This document shows positions 9,586 to 19,587 of a stretch of 64,000 bases of DNA, one piece after another. The translations under genes and the position numbers were made by a program. The stretch comes from Candidatus Latescibacterota bacterium (GTDB lineage: Bacteria; Latescibacterota; UBA2968). The notes under the pieces are model-generated. The model saw nothing but the letters and a program-made list of their open reading frames with translations. It was not told the DNA's origin and did no database searches. The stretch lies in the NCBI GenBank assembly GCA_965222605.1, contig OZ244960.1, positions 4,416,001-4,480,000 of the forward strand, given 5' to 3'. Each line of letters starts with the position of its first letter. Position 1 is the first letter of the stretch.

Positions 9586-10575
9586 TTACAGCCCCGGCGT
9601 GAAGAGCACCATATCTTCTTCAAAATTTCTCAATGGTGCAATGCCGAGTTTTTTGAGTGTGTCTCGATAGATTTTTACCCCTTCTTCTGGGCTGACAAGG
9701 CCATCTGCCACATCGCGCAAGACATCTACGAATGCCGGAGGGCTTTCGGCACCTTTGATGCGGCGGCCAAAGAGCGCGACGCGCGCGCCGTGTTTTTTGG
9801 CTTCGGAAATGAGCTTAAATGCATCGTAAGTCGTGCTCGTTACCCCGCCGAGAATGCCGACGATGACTGTGGAGTCGTAATTGACGAGGGCTTCCATCGC
9901 TTCTGGACCGTTGTAGGCTATTTTCAAAAATTCGGGACGCGATGCCCGGGGTATGCCGGCCAGCATCCGGGCGATCTGGTCATTTACGTATGTTGGGATA
10001 TCTTTTGGACACAACCCGGAGTCTGCAACATTGGGATTAAACACTTCGAGAAAATATCGAAATCCTTTGCGTACGGCTTCTGTTCTGAAGGCCTTGAACT
10101 GCATCAGCGAAAACCAGTCTGCATCCAGATTGTTATTGAATGTAACCGAGTACAGGCCGAGATCGATGTCTGGTTTCTGGTCGGGTTGGGGCAATAGGGT
10201 GCCGTATTGCGCTTCTTCAATTGTGGGCGAAGCAAAGGGACGGGATGGCAAAGAGGTGTATTCTGCGCCTGTTGCATCCCACAGGTCGGTTGTGTCATTG
10301 GCGCGTACGGCTGGTGTTACAGGTGATGTATCAAAAAGCCGCTTTTTTCTCGCCAGCACATCCATGCTGGAAACAGAGGTTAGCAAAATATCGATTTTTG
10401 CTTGTTCGATCAGGTCCGTAAGGTCATCGTAAAAGGCTTGTATGGATGGTGTGGCATCTGTCAGTGTTGCAAGCCCTTTTGACATGTCGGGATCAGCGGC
10501 ATACGCAATGATAAACGCATCGCTGTTGGGATTGCTGCGTATGTCGGTCAGTTTTGCGTCCAGTGATTTTTCCAT
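9586..10575 (-). CDS. Conserved hypothetical protein, aldolase-like TIM barrel
   Basis: IAYAADPDM, AVRANDTTD, YSVTFNN, FLEVFNPN, FLKIAYNG, ALFGRRI. Confidence 0.65.
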   Translation of the reverse strand: MEKSLDAKLTDIRSNPNSDAFIIAYAADPDMSKGLATLTDATPSIQAFYDDLTDLIEQAKIDILLTSVSSMDVLARKKRLFDTSPVTPAVRANDTTDLWDATGAEYTSLPSRPFASPTIEEAQYGTLLPQPDQKPDIDLGLYSVTFNNNLDADWFSLMQFKAFRTEAVRKGFRYFLEVFNPNVADSGLCPKDIPTYVNDQIARMLAGIPRASRPEFLKIAYNGPEAMEALVNYDSTVIVGILGGVTSTTYDAFKLISEAKKHGARVALFGRRIKGAESPPAFVDVLRDVADGLVSPEEGVKIYRDTLKKLGIAPLRNFEEDMVLFTPGL

Positions 10576-10600
10576 TTGTGTCCCTTTTTTTGATGAGCGC

Positions 10601-11248
10601 TTATTTGTGAATTAAAATCACATCGGTGCCGATAAACTCGATTTCTGATTGCCAGGTTTTTCCCAACCATTCGAATGTGGGTTTTGAAAAAAAACAGATG
10701 TGTGTTGGGTCTCTTTTGTAATGCCAATTTTCAAATGCAGATTTGTCGATCACGAGTTTGGTCATGATGCCGAGTATGCCGCCCGGTTCTATAATGTGAT
10801 AAAGTCTTTGCAATTCATGTTGGGGATTTTTTAGATGTTCAACGACTTCTGTTGCGGTTACAAAGTCGTATTTGCGCTGGAAGACCTCGGGATTGTGTGC
10901 GTAAAATTTGTCGTATATATCGACGGTATGTCCGTGCGCTTGAAACATAAGGGACAATGTCGGTCCGGGACCGCATCCAAAATCCAGACCGCGTGCGCGT
11001 TTGAGAAGGCGCGCTTTCATGGGATTGCAAATTCGCGATAAAAATGCCCTGTATCTCGGGTCTGCGGGATCATTTCTGTGCAGATCGTAGCGTTGTTTTC
11101 CCTCTTTTTCCGATAGGTGAAAAGTTTTGGGCACAAAGACGAGAGAACAATCCGTACAGATCAGATATTCTCTGAATGAGTCGCGGAGATAGTGGGTTGT
11201 GTTTTGGCTTTTGCAAAGCGGACAGATATCCGCAGGAGAGTTGTACAT
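10601..11248 (-). CDS. Class I SAM-dependent methyltransferase with N-terminal Zn ribbon
   Basis: CPLC...CTDC, GLDFGCGPGP, TEVVEH, WHYKRDPTHI. Confidence 0.88.
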   Translation of the reverse strand: MYNSPADICPLCKSQNTTHYLRDSFREYLICTDCSLVFVPKTFHLSEKEGKQRYDLHRNDPADPRYRAFLSRICNPMKARLLKRARGLDFGCGPGPTLSLMFQAHGHTVDIYDKFYAHNPEVFQRKYDFVTATEVVEHLKNPQHELQRLYHIIEPGGILGIMTKLVIDKSAFENWHYKRDPTHICFFSKPTFEWLGKTWQSEIEFIGTDVILIHK

Positions 11249-11379
11249 GATGATAGATTAAATGATGTGGCGTCTCAAAATCCCATTGTATTCTTTGTGC
11301 AATGAGAATATCTTTGGCTCCGACCCTGAACAAGTTAACAATTTATTCATTTTTCACAATACACAAAACGGAGAAATTC

Positions 11380-13008
11380 ATGACTGGTTACGATGCTATG
11401 GCGCGTGTGCTCAAGGCAGAAGGCGTTGAATTTTTGGTGGCATTTCCCCATCAACACCTCATTGAGGCCGCGGCCAAGGTGGGGATTACCCCTATTATTT
11501 GTCGTCAGGAGCGCGCGGGTGTCAATATGGCCGATGGTTTTAGTCGCGTGTCCAACGGAAAAAAGTTTGGCGTTTTTACGATGCAGCAAGGTCCGGGTGC
11601 GGAAAATGCGTTTGGGGGTGTGGCGCAGGCGTTTGCAGATTCGGTGCCGGTGTTGCACTTGCCCGGTGGGGAAGCGCTGTCGCGTCAGGGTATTCATCCC
11701 ACGTTTGAAGCGGTGCGGAATTACCGTCATATTACGAAGTGGGCGGCTCAAATATACGCGGTAGAGGATATTCCGGTCATGATGCGTCGCGCGGTTGTGC
11801 AGATGAAGAGCGGGCGTTTGGGGCCTGTGTTGTTGGAGATGCCGGGAGAGGCTATGGCTGCCGAATATCCAGGTGAGGATGTTGCTTATACGCCGGTTCA
11901 GATCCGGTGCTCCGCCGCTGCGTCTGAAGATGTGCGGGATATGATTACAGAACTTCTCAGGGCTTCGCGTCCGGTTATCATTGCCGGGCAGGGGGTGTTG
12001 TATGCAGAGGCGACGAAAGAATTGATTGAGTTTGCCGAGTTGACGAGTATTCCCGTGATGGCGACGCTTGCGGGCAAGAGTGCTTTTCCAGAGACGCATC
12101 CACTTTCACTGGGCACTGGCGGACACACATACACGTTGATGGTCAAGCGGTTTTTGGAGGTGATGGATTTTGGGCTGGGTATTGGAACGAGTTTTACGCG
12201 CAATACATTTACTACGCCTATGCCAGAGGGGGTTCCCCTGGGTCAGGTGACGAATTGCGCGGAGGATATGGGTAAGGATTTCGAGATTGCAGTGGGCGCG
12301 CTGGGGGATGCAAAGCTGGTGTTGAGGCAGATGATTGAAGAGGTTAAGCGACAGGTTGGTGAGGATGGGCGGGAGAACGATGCCGCGGATCGGGTTGCCG
12401 CTGTGAGCCGCGAGTTTGCCGATCTGTGGGAACCGCATTTTACGTCCGATGAAATTCCGATCAGTCCTTATCGGGTGATTCGAGAGTTGGAGAATGCGGT
12501 GGATGTGGGCAATACGATTATTACCCACGATTCGGGTTATCCGCGCGATCAACTCGTTCCGATGTGGAAGCCCGTGACTCCGCGCGGATACCTGGGGTGG
12601 GGCAAGTCAACGCAACTCGGATATGGTCTGGGGCTGTCGTTGGGCGCGAAGTTGGCGGCGCCGGAAAAACAGGTGATCAATTTGATGGGCGATGCGGCGT
12701 TTGGGATGTCGGGGCTGGATCTGGAGACCGGTGTTCGGGCAGAGATTCCGATTTTTACGGTTGTGCTCAATAATGGTGTGATGACGAAGTACGATTCGCA
12801 TATGCCGTATGCTTCAGATCGCTTTGGGAGCAATGAGATGGGCGGGAATTACGCCCAAGTGAGCGCGGGATTGGGCACACATGCCGAGCGCGTGGATACG
12901 CCGGACGAACTCGCACCCGCGATCCAACGCGCACTCGCAGCGAATAGAGAGGGCAAGCCCGCTGTTCTGGAGGTTCTGACCAAGGCCGAGCCGAATGTTC
13001 CGAATTGA
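11380..13008 (+). CDS. Thiamine pyrophosphate-requiring enzyme (acetolactate synthase-like)
   Basis: RQERAGVNMADG, QQGPGAEN, and TPP motif MGDAAFGM...VLNN. Confidence 0.9.
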   Translation: MTGYDAMARVLKAEGVEFLVAFPHQHLIEAAAKVGITPIICRQERAGVNMADGFSRVSNGKKFGVFTMQQGPGAENAFGGVAQAFADSVPVLHLPGGEALSRQGIHPTFEAVRNYRHITKWAAQIYAVEDIPVMMRRAVVQMKSGRLGPVLLEMPGEAMAAEYPGEDVAYTPVQIRCSAAASEDVRDMITELLRASRPVIIAGQGVLYAEATKELIEFAELTSIPVMATLAGKSAFPETHPLSLGTGGHTYTLMVKRFLEVMDFGLGIGTSFTRNTFTTPMPEGVPLGQVTNCAEDMGKDFEIAVGALGDAKLVLRQMIEEVKRQVGEDGRENDAADRVAAVSREFADLWEPHFTSDEIPISPYRVIRELENAVDVGNTIITHDSGYPRDQLVPMWKPVTPRGYLGWGKSTQLGYGLGLSLGAKLAAPEKQVINLMGDAAFGMSGLDLETGVRAEIPIFTVVLNNGVMTKYDSHMPYASDRFGSNEMGGNYAQVSAGLGTHAERVDTPDELAPAIQRALAANREGKPAVLEVLTKAEPNVPN

Positions 13009-13104
13009 TGCAGTGCGAGTAGGTAGTATTTCAAATTTTTGTCAGATTATAGGTGGCGGTTCAATATTACTTTGCGACACCTTTGTCCATGACAGACTTC
13101 AGGT

Positions 13105-13989
13105 TCAGGAGATGAATTCTTGGCCGATCTTCCACACCCCCTTCTCTCGAAAAGCGGGAATGGTCTGGCGACGGGCGGCGTTGGTGACAGCGGGTGCCGA
13201 AAGCCCATTCTGTCTAATATAATCCGATAGCTTGGTGATTGCCTCTCCCTTCAAATATCTCAGTCGCTTGTGCAGAGCCTCTATGAGAGCCAGTGATAGA
13301 ATCCCTTCCATCGTCCTGGTCGTTCTGCCATCTCCGTAGTCTCTGAATGCCCGATAGTAAGTCTCCTTCTCCGAGTTGCGGATAATAAGGCGCGGCAGAC
13401 GGAGTTGCAGGAGTTGAAAATTGATAATGACCCGCCCCATGCGGCCATTGCCGTCACAAAAGGGATGGATGGTCTCGAAATCCAGATGAAATCGGGCAAT
13501 TTTATCCAGGAAGTAGGCGTCGAGGTCGCTGGAATACTCGACAAGGATATGATCTATCATGCGCTCCACCTGCTCGGGTGCTGGCGCAATATGAGTGCCT
13601 ACCCGCACGTATTCTCCCTGCTGGCGAAAGCGGCCTGCAATGGCATCGTTGATGCCGCCGATAAGCATCTGATGTAAGAGTAGCATCAGGTCTTTGTTCA
13701 GTTCGCTATCTTTCGCTCTGTTGCGCTTATATTCTGTGACACGAGCCAGGTTTTTCGCCTCAAAGACTTCCCGCACAGATACATTCCGAGATATCATCTG
13801 CTCCAACAGGATTTTCTCTGTCTCATTGAGGGTGAGAGTGGAATTTTCAATCGCGTTCGAGTTGTACACGCTTTCGGGTATCTCGACTTCGTCAATCATC
13901 GACAGTAGCGATTCTTTACCCTGACGCAAGATATCGTACTCTCGTTTCAGAGCCTGGATGCGGTTTTTTGTCGGTTGTGTGCTTGCCAT
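13105..13989 (-). CDS. Fic family protein
   Basis: Fic motif HPFCDGNGRMGR; N-terminal YNSNAIENSTL. Confidence 0.92.
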   Translation of the reverse strand: MASTQPTKNRIQALKREYDILRQGKESLLSMIDEVEIPESVYNSNAIENSTLTLNETEKILLEQMISRNVSVREVFEAKNLARVTEYKRNRAKDSELNKDLMLLLHQMLIGGINDAIAGRFRQQGEYVRVGTHIAPAPEQVERMIDHILVEYSSDLDAYFLDKIARFHLDFETIHPFCDGNGRMGRVIINFQLLQLRLPRLIIRNSEKETYYRAFRDYGDGRTTRTMEGILSLALIEALHKRLRYLKGEAITKLSDYIRQNGLSAPAVTNAARRQTIPAFREKGVWKIGQEFIS

Positions 13990-14003
13990 ATCATTAGAAT
14001 ACC

Positions 14004-14114
14004 CTATTCACTGTAAATTGTCAAATTTTAGTGAATAGATGGGTAAAAATGGACTCTATTCATGATAAATTGTCAAATTTTAGTGAATAGATGGGTAAAA
14101 TGAGTTCTATTCAT
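14004..14114. repeat. Tandem ~52-bp repeat (2+ units), each unit an imperfect palindrome, upstream of fic
   Basis: ctattca..taaattgtcaaattttagtgaatagatgggtaaaa starts at 14004 and 14056; a partial third ctattca starts at 14107. Confidence 0.85.
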
Positions 14115-14152
14115 GGTTTTTTTAGGTCAAGTATGTGGTATTACGACCTGGC

Positions 14153-14935
14153 TCAAGCCATGTAGAAGGCGAACGAGATTCGCGTGGAGCGCGGCGCATC
14201 GGATTGATCGCGTTCTATATCTGGATATTCCTGCCATTGTCGCCCGTCCAGCGTGTTGCCACCGGCCTTGGGCGTGCGACCTCCCCACTGCTTAAAGAAG
14301 AAAGCGACGTTTTGCGCCTGACATTGATCGCGCAATTCACGCAACCACTCTATCTTGACCGGGCGTGCTCCTGGTCCGCTTTCGCCTCCTGCGATTACCC
14401 AGTGAATATCCGTAAGGTCCACCGAGCCAAGCGTGTCGAGCAACGGCTCGAATGAAACAAAGCGCGTTGAGGCGTTGGTCTGTTTCAAGTGCCGCAGGCG
14501 CGTCATGGCCGCAGCGTCTTCGATAGAGACACCGAGCCAGATATGTGGCGGAACGGACAGGCTCCCATAGCGTTGATGGACAAAATCGCGCATTAGCGAA
14601 CTGCGCTTGGTTAGCACTTGATAGATGTGCCAATCCGCATGCTCCATTGTGTCAAATACGCGATGGATATACTGAGTTGGAATGTCCTTATGAAACAGGT
14701 CGCTCATCGAATTGACAAAGATGAGTTGCGGACGCCGCCAGTGCATGGGTTGTTCAAGGCGTTCGGGTCGAAGCGTGAGATCAAAACCCGTCTCGAAAGG
14801 ATTGCCCTTGACGCCGCGGAAACGCTCCGATAATCGTTCGGCATAGCAATGATCGCAACCCGCACTCACTTTTGTGCAGCCGGTGACCGGGTTCCATGTG
14901 CTGTTGGTCCATTCAATAGTACTTTTGCGCGACAT
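14153..14935 (-). CDS. DUF5131 / phage Gp37-Gp68 family protein (three-Cys motif), copy 1
   Basis: IEWT..TWNPVTGCTKVSAGCDHCYA, IFVNSMSDLFH, LTKR, SFEPLL, WVIAGGESG, FFKQWGG. Confidence 0.92.
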   Translation of the reverse strand: MSRKSTIEWTNSTWNPVTGCTKVSAGCDHCYAERLSERFRGVKGNPFETGFDLTLRPERLEQPMHWRRPQLIFVNSMSDLFHKDIPTQYIHRVFDTMEHADWHIYQVLTKRSSLMRDFVHQRYGSLSVPPHIWLGVSIEDAAAMTRLRHLKQTNASTRFVSFEPLLDTLGSVDLTDIHWVIAGGESGPGARPVKIEWLRELRDQCQAQNVAFFFKQWGGRTPKAGGNTLDGRQWQEYPDIERDQSDAPRSTRISFAFYMA

Positions 14936-15417
14936 GCAATTCCCCTATGTGCCATTCGGAATAACTAAAAAAATTACTGCACATAAGTATAGTTTTTTCT
15001 TGTCCAAAGATCAAGTATGTAGTACTTTGATTTTGTAAGAGATTGAAATTTGTGTGGTCGTAGAGTTTGGAAGACCACTTTCTGAGGAAAAGAATGAGTG
15101 CTCTTGATAAATTCCACAATAAGTCTATGGAAGTAGCGTTTTTCGCTGACCAAGAACGGCGACGAGGCAATGAGGAACAGGCGGTGGAGTTGTTTGAGCA
15201 AGCACTGGACCTGGAGCTTAAAGCCTTGGCAGAGATAACCGAGCCTGTTGAACCGAGGTACTCAGTACTGCATCGCAGTGCTGGTTGGCTGGCTTTGGAC
15301 TGCAATCGGCCACGCTTGGCAGAGCAATTGGCCTGCAAAGCCCTCGCTGGCGACCCTCATCCAAAAATCGATGAGGAACTGCGCGACCTGCTGACGGAAA
15401 CCTACGCACGGATGCAC
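14216..15417. repeat. ~1.2 kb direct repeat, copy 1 (DUF5131, promoter, divergent small gene)
   Basis: Aligns by eye with 21333-22538 over its full length with scattered substitutions. Confidence 0.9.
14978..15015 (-). promoter_or_regulatory. Putative sigma70 promoter of DUF5131 overlapped by a LexA-like box
   Basis: Minus strand TTGATC-N17-TATACT; TGCAC-ATAA-GTATA at 14978-14991; conserved at 22096-22109 and 29779-29792. Confidence 0.5.
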
Positions 15418-15450
15418 CTCCAATTAGGGAAACAGGTCTTACGACCTTGA
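15094..15450 (+). CDS. Small all-helical (TPR-like) hypothetical protein, copy 1
   Basis: 118 aa; near-identical to 22215-22583 up to TYARMH, then a different tail. Confidence 0.8.
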   Translation: MSALDKFHNKSMEVAFFADQERRRGNEEQAVELFEQALDLELKALAEITEPVEPRYSVLHRSAGWLALDCNRPRLAEQLACKALAGDPHPKIDEELRDLLTETYARMHLQLGKQVLRP

Positions 15451-15461
15451 CAAATTGTCAA
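15447..15461. promoter_or_regulatory. Palindrome TTGACAA-A-TTGTCAA containing a consensus -35, upstream of the MTase
   Basis: Perfect 7-1-7 inverted repeat with an AT-rich -10-like region downstream. Confidence 0.5.
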
Positions 15462-15513
15462 TCTCAATCTAATTATATATGTCAACCTTTAATTGTACAT
15501 TGGTGGTGATTGT

Positions 15514-16608
15514 ATGAGTGAATCTCTTAATCAAGAGGTGTACAACTGCGATAGCAGTTCATTCAATGCACAAGTGTTTGATCTGTTTTGTAGCATTGGA
15601 GGTTTGACCTATGGACTAAAACGGGCTGGAATGGCGGTCAACGCAGGTCTGGATATTGATGGTTCGTGCCATTATGCTTATGAAAATAACTGCAAAGCGA
15701 CTTTTATTGAAGCGGATATTAGGGAAATCTCTTTTTCGGATATTTCAAGGTATTTTAATGATGCGGAATATCGCGTGCTTGTCGGTTGCGCGCCTTGTCA
15801 ACCGTTCTCCAGCCATACGGCCAAAATGAAGTCTTATGAGTCGGATTCGAGATGGAATCTGATTGATGAATTTCTGAGAATAATTCTTGAGGGCAGACCA
15901 GAGATTATCTCAATGGAGAATGTGCCTCAACTCATGGACAAGCCGATTTATAATAATTTTAAGCGCGAGTTAGCCGATGCAGGGTATCGTGTTTCTGATG
16001 GGGTTATATCCTGTGCCGACTTCGGGGTTCCGCAAAGTCGAAGCCGTTTGGTTATGTTTGCGTCTTTGTTGGGTAGGATTGATATGCCGAAACCCGCCCC
16101 CCAAAAGCCTAAAACGGTTAGACAAGCAATTGGGCACCTCGCACCTCTTGATCAGGGGCAATCAAACGAGGATGATTCTCTACATGTTTGTTCTCGATTA
16201 GAGCCAATCAACCTGAAACGCATCCGGTGCTCTAAGCCCGGTGGAAGTTGGCGAGATTGGCCTACTGAATTATTGCCAGATTGCTACAAGAAAGATAGTG
16301 GCTTAAGCTATGGTAGCGTTTACGGGCGTATGCAGTGGGATAAGCCAGCACCTACGCTGACCACGCAGTTTTATCGTTATGGAACCGGGCGCTATGGGCA
16401 TCCAGAACAAGACAGGGCTCTGAGCTTGAGAGAAGGGGCAATTCTCCAAACTTTCCCCGAGGAGTATCAGTTTGTTGCTCCCGGTGAAAAAGCGTCATTT
16501 TTGAGAATTGGCCGTCAAATCGGCAATGCTGTTCCACCATCTTTGGCTTATGCTATCGGGAAAGCAATTACAGGTCATTTAAAAAAGAGGGGCAACAAAA
16601 ATGCCTGA
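15514..16608 (+). CDS. DNA (cytosine-5) methyltransferase, HgiDII-like type II system
   Basis: Motif I DLFCSIGG, motif IV GCAPCQPFS, ENV, Q.R.R, RALSLREGAILQTFP, IGNAVPP. Confidence 0.92.
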   Translation: MSESLNQEVYNCDSSSFNAQVFDLFCSIGGLTYGLKRAGMAVNAGLDIDGSCHYAYENNCKATFIEADIREISFSDISRYFNDAEYRVLVGCAPCQPFSSHTAKMKSYESDSRWNLIDEFLRIILEGRPEIISMENVPQLMDKPIYNNFKRELADAGYRVSDGVISCADFGVPQSRSRLVMFASLLGRIDMPKPAPQKPKTVRQAIGHLAPLDQGQSNEDDSLHVCSRLEPINLKRIRCSKPGGSWRDWPTELLPDCYKKDSGLSYGSVYGRMQWDKPAPTLTTQFYRYGTGRYGHPEQDRALSLREGAILQTFPEEYQFVAPGEKASFLRIGRQIGNAVPPSLAYAIGKAITGHLKKRGNKNA

Positions 16609-18574
16609 AAGACTTAAGCTGGCTATGGACTTGAATGTGCTCAATCACCTGGGGCTAAACCTGTATAGCAATGTCCCCGCAGTTCTATCTGAATTGATTG
16701 CCAATGCTTGGGATGCTGATGCCTCTCGGGTAGATGTATCCGTAAAAGAGCGAGGTGAAGGTAAGGAAATTAACATTCAAGACAATGGTTGCGGGATGAA
16801 TTACGAAGATTTGCGTACAAAATTTCTAACTGTTGGTTATCGGCGCCGTACGAAAGAAAGTGAAGACTTTACACCAAATAAGAAACGACCCGTTATGGGG
16901 AGAAAGGGCATTGGCAAGTTGTCTGTCTTGTCTATTGCCCGGAAAGTATATGTCTATACAAAAAAGGAGGACACCGATCCTCTGGCAATTGAGTTAGACG
17001 TTGAAGAAATCCAGAAAGCAATAGAAAAAAACGAAGACTATTATCCTCCTATCATTGATATGCCAGAAGACATTAATCTCAGAAGTTCTGGCACGGCACT
17101 CGTTTTGAGCGATCTGAAAAAAAGGGTTAATGCATCACTTGACGCCCATCTGCGCCAGCGCGTAGCACGCCGCTTTTCGATTATTTCCAAAGACTTTCAA
17201 GTGTTCGTTAATGATGATGAGATTACAATAAATGACAGGAACTACTTCGGGAAGTTGGAATATGCATTGGTGTACGGCGATTTCGAAAAGTCCAATTTTA
17301 AGCACGATAAGAGATATGTGGTTCAACGAGCGGAAAATACAGTAGATGAGCAGGGACAATATTCTGTTAGCGGCTGGATTGGTTTGGTCAAAGAATCAGG
17401 AGCATTACAAGAGGGCGCGGATAATCTGAACAAAATATCCATACTCGCCAGGGGAAAGGTTGCGTTGGAAGATATCCTGGATTCATATCGAGAAGGTGGA
17501 CTATATACAAAGTACATCATAGGCGAACTGGAGGCGGATTTTCTTGATTTAACAGATGAAGACGATATTGCCACATCCAGTAGGCAGGATTTTATTCAGA
17601 GCGATGAGCGATTTGTTCAACTGAGGGCATTTGTCGAACAGGAACTAAAATATTTGGCAAACGAACGAGTAAAACTAAAGGATGAAGAAGGAGCGAAGAA
17701 AGCCAGTGAAATTCCCGCTGTCAAGGAATGGTACGAGTCATTGAAAGGAGATTCTAAAACCTCCGCCAAAAAATTATTCGGCAGGATTAACCAAATAGCA
17801 ACTGACGAAGACCACAGAAAAACGCTTTACAAACATGGGGTTTTGGCGTTCGAACACTTGCATCATAAGGAAAAGTTAAACGAGTTGGAACAGCTCGACA
17901 TCGAAAATCTTGAGATTGCCGTAAAGCTCTTTTCCGAGTTAGATGATATAGAAGCATCATGGTATTATCAAATTACGGAAGGTCGCTTGGATGTAATTCG
18001 GAAGTTGTCTGACGACATTGATGAAGATGTACTGGAAAAGATTATTCAAAAGCATATTTATAACCATCTCTGGCTACTGGACCCATCGTGGGATAGAGCT
18101 ACAGAAACGCCCACCTTAGAACAGTCTGTTACGACGACTTTTGAGAAAATTTCCGACAAATTGAGTGAAGAGGAAAAAAAGGGGCGTCTGGATATTAGAT
18201 ACAAGAAAACATCGGGTAAGCATGTGATCGTTGAATTGAAGAGAGGATCTGTTCCTGTTTCAAGCGATAGCCTTTCGGGGCAAGTTTATAAGTACATACG
18301 AGCATTGAGGAAACAGTTACGTGAAGCTAATGAGGATGGGGCAGTTGAAGCGATTTGTCTGGTAGGGAAAGAACTCAGTGATGGGGAAGATTCAGAAAGC
18401 CGACAAGAGATAGAACGGTCTTTGGCAGCAAAAAATATTCGAGTGATTACTTACAAGCAACTGATTCGAGATGCAGAGGCAAGTTACCAACATTACCTTG
18501 AAAAGAGCAAAGATATAGGCCGGATCCGACGGCTATTAGATGAGATTGAAACATTTGATGGCTCTACATTCTGA
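16601..18574 (+). CDS. GHKL/MORC ATPase-fused restriction endonuclease (HgiDII-like)
   Basis: ELIANAWDADA, DNGCGM, MGRKGIGKLS; C-terminal PD-(D/E)xK-like GRLDI...IVELKR; overlaps the MTase stop. Confidence 0.82.
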   Translation: MPERLKLAMDLNVLNHLGLNLYSNVPAVLSELIANAWDADASRVDVSVKERGEGKEINIQDNGCGMNYEDLRTKFLTVGYRRRTKESEDFTPNKKRPVMGRKGIGKLSVLSIARKVYVYTKKEDTDPLAIELDVEEIQKAIEKNEDYYPPIIDMPEDINLRSSGTALVLSDLKKRVNASLDAHLRQRVARRFSIISKDFQVFVNDDEITINDRNYFGKLEYALVYGDFEKSNFKHDKRYVVQRAENTVDEQGQYSVSGWIGLVKESGALQEGADNLNKISILARGKVALEDILDSYREGGLYTKYIIGELEADFLDLTDEDDIATSSRQDFIQSDERFVQLRAFVEQELKYLANERVKLKDEEGAKKASEIPAVKEWYESLKGDSKTSAKKLFGRINQIATDEDHRKTLYKHGVLAFEHLHHKEKLNELEQLDIENLEIAVKLFSELDDIEASWYYQITEGRLDVIRKLSDDIDEDVLEKIIQKHIYNHLWLLDPSWDRATETPTLEQSVTTTFEKISDKLSEEEKKGRLDIRYKKTSGKHVIVELKRGSVPVSSDSLSGQVYKYIRALRKQLREANEDGAVEAICLVGKELSDGEDSESRQEIERSLAAKNIRVITYKQLIRDAEASYQHYLEKSKDIGRIRRLLDEIETFDGSTF

Positions 18575-18588
18575 TTTCTCTCCACCCC

Positions 18589-18840
18589 TCACTCACGGTT
18601 TACTTCCTCCGCTATTTCATCTACGTCGTATTGGAATGCTGAAACCTTGAACCGACCCAGTGCCGCGATAAATTCACTACGGGATAGACCCGAAATTTCA
18701 GCCGCTCGGCTTTGGGAAACCACCTCCATCTCATACCATTTCACAGCGGCAGCCAAACGCAATTCTTGGGCGAAATGATCCGGGTCTTTTCGCACCGAAG
18801 AAAGCGCGTCTTCTGGTAGTTCAAAAGTGACTGTTACCAT
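18589..18840 (-). CDS. UPF0175 family (antitoxin-like) protein
   Basis: ELRLAAAVKWYE...SQSRAAEISGLSRSEF. Confidence 0.85.
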   Translation of the reverse strand: MVTVTFELPEDALSSVRKDPDHFAQELRLAAAVKWYEMEVVSQSRAAEISGLSRSEFIAALGRFKVSAFQYDVDEIAEEVNRE

Positions 18841-18965
18841 GTGATTCTCTCCTGATAGACCAATCTATGTTGCGTGTAATCGCCCTACTACAGTCGTGTG
18901 GTTTTTTACAATATATGAGAACGCAATTGTTGAATCAAACCATTACTGCTACTTCACTTCACTCG

Positions 18966-19035
18966 CTCTCCACACCCTTCCCACCGCATCCTGTATCTTC
19001 TTCTCAAATTGCTCAATCAACTCCCGGTTAGCGGC
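18966..19035 (-). repeat. Orphan copy A of the hsdS 3' end
   Basis: ccacacccttcccaccgcatcctgtatcttcttctcaaattgctcaatcaactccc matches 32428-32483 with 2 mismatches; encodes AANRELIEQFEKKIQDAVGRVW. Confidence 0.9.
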
Positions 19036-19181
19036 CGCCCCCACCTGCAGGAAGCCAAACCAGTTTGCAACTCGTTCCATCCTCCTATCAGTTTGACCCG
19101 TTTTTTCACTGAAAAAAGTGAGTTGTACAGCAACAAAGGATGAGGTTTTGATTCTGGCAGGGAATGGGTTATATTTGGCTT

Positions 19182-19214
19182 ATGATCCTCAGTTTCCGCC
19201 ACAAAGGTCTCAAA
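19182..19214 (+). pseudogene. 5' stub of a HigB toxin gene (rest deleted)
   Basis: atgatcctcagtttccgccacaaaggtctcaaa = [11 protein letters not shown], a typical HigB N-terminus, directly before higA. Confidence 0.7.
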
Positions 19215-19215
19215 T

Positions 19216-19488
19216 ATGTCAATGAAGAATCCCCCGCATCCGGGGCTATCAGTACGCTGCGATTGCCTGGAGCCACTCGGTCTGAGTATGGCTGAAGCCG
19301 CGCAAAAACTCGGCGTTGACTACAAGGAGTTATCGGATATCGTGAATGGCCGGGCTGGCATATCGCCCGAGATGGCGATTCGCCTGGACAAAGCCTTCGG
19401 CGGTGGCGCGATCACATGGTACCGCATGCAGGCGGCCTACGATTTGGCCCAGGCCATGCAGAAGGCTGATGAGATTCGGGCTTCTTAA
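19216..19488 (+). CDS. higA: HigA family antitoxin
   Basis: [33 protein letters not shown]. Confidence 0.88.
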   Translation: MSMKNPPHPGLSVRCDCLEPLGLSMAEAAQKLGVDYKELSDIVNGRAGISPEMAIRLDKAFGGGAITWYRMQAAYDLAQAMQKADEIRAS

Positions 19489-19587
19489 AGGTGAACTGAA
19501 TAGAATGAAGAAAGATAAGCAGAAGTGGCGAGAAATATGCCCCCTTTTTTTTATAGAAGCAAATTGAGCAAGTTACAGGGATAGGCA

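Noticed and set aside
14004-14114. Possible CRISPR array
   Set aside because: Units are contiguous and near-identical, including the would-be spacers; only two units and no cas genes.
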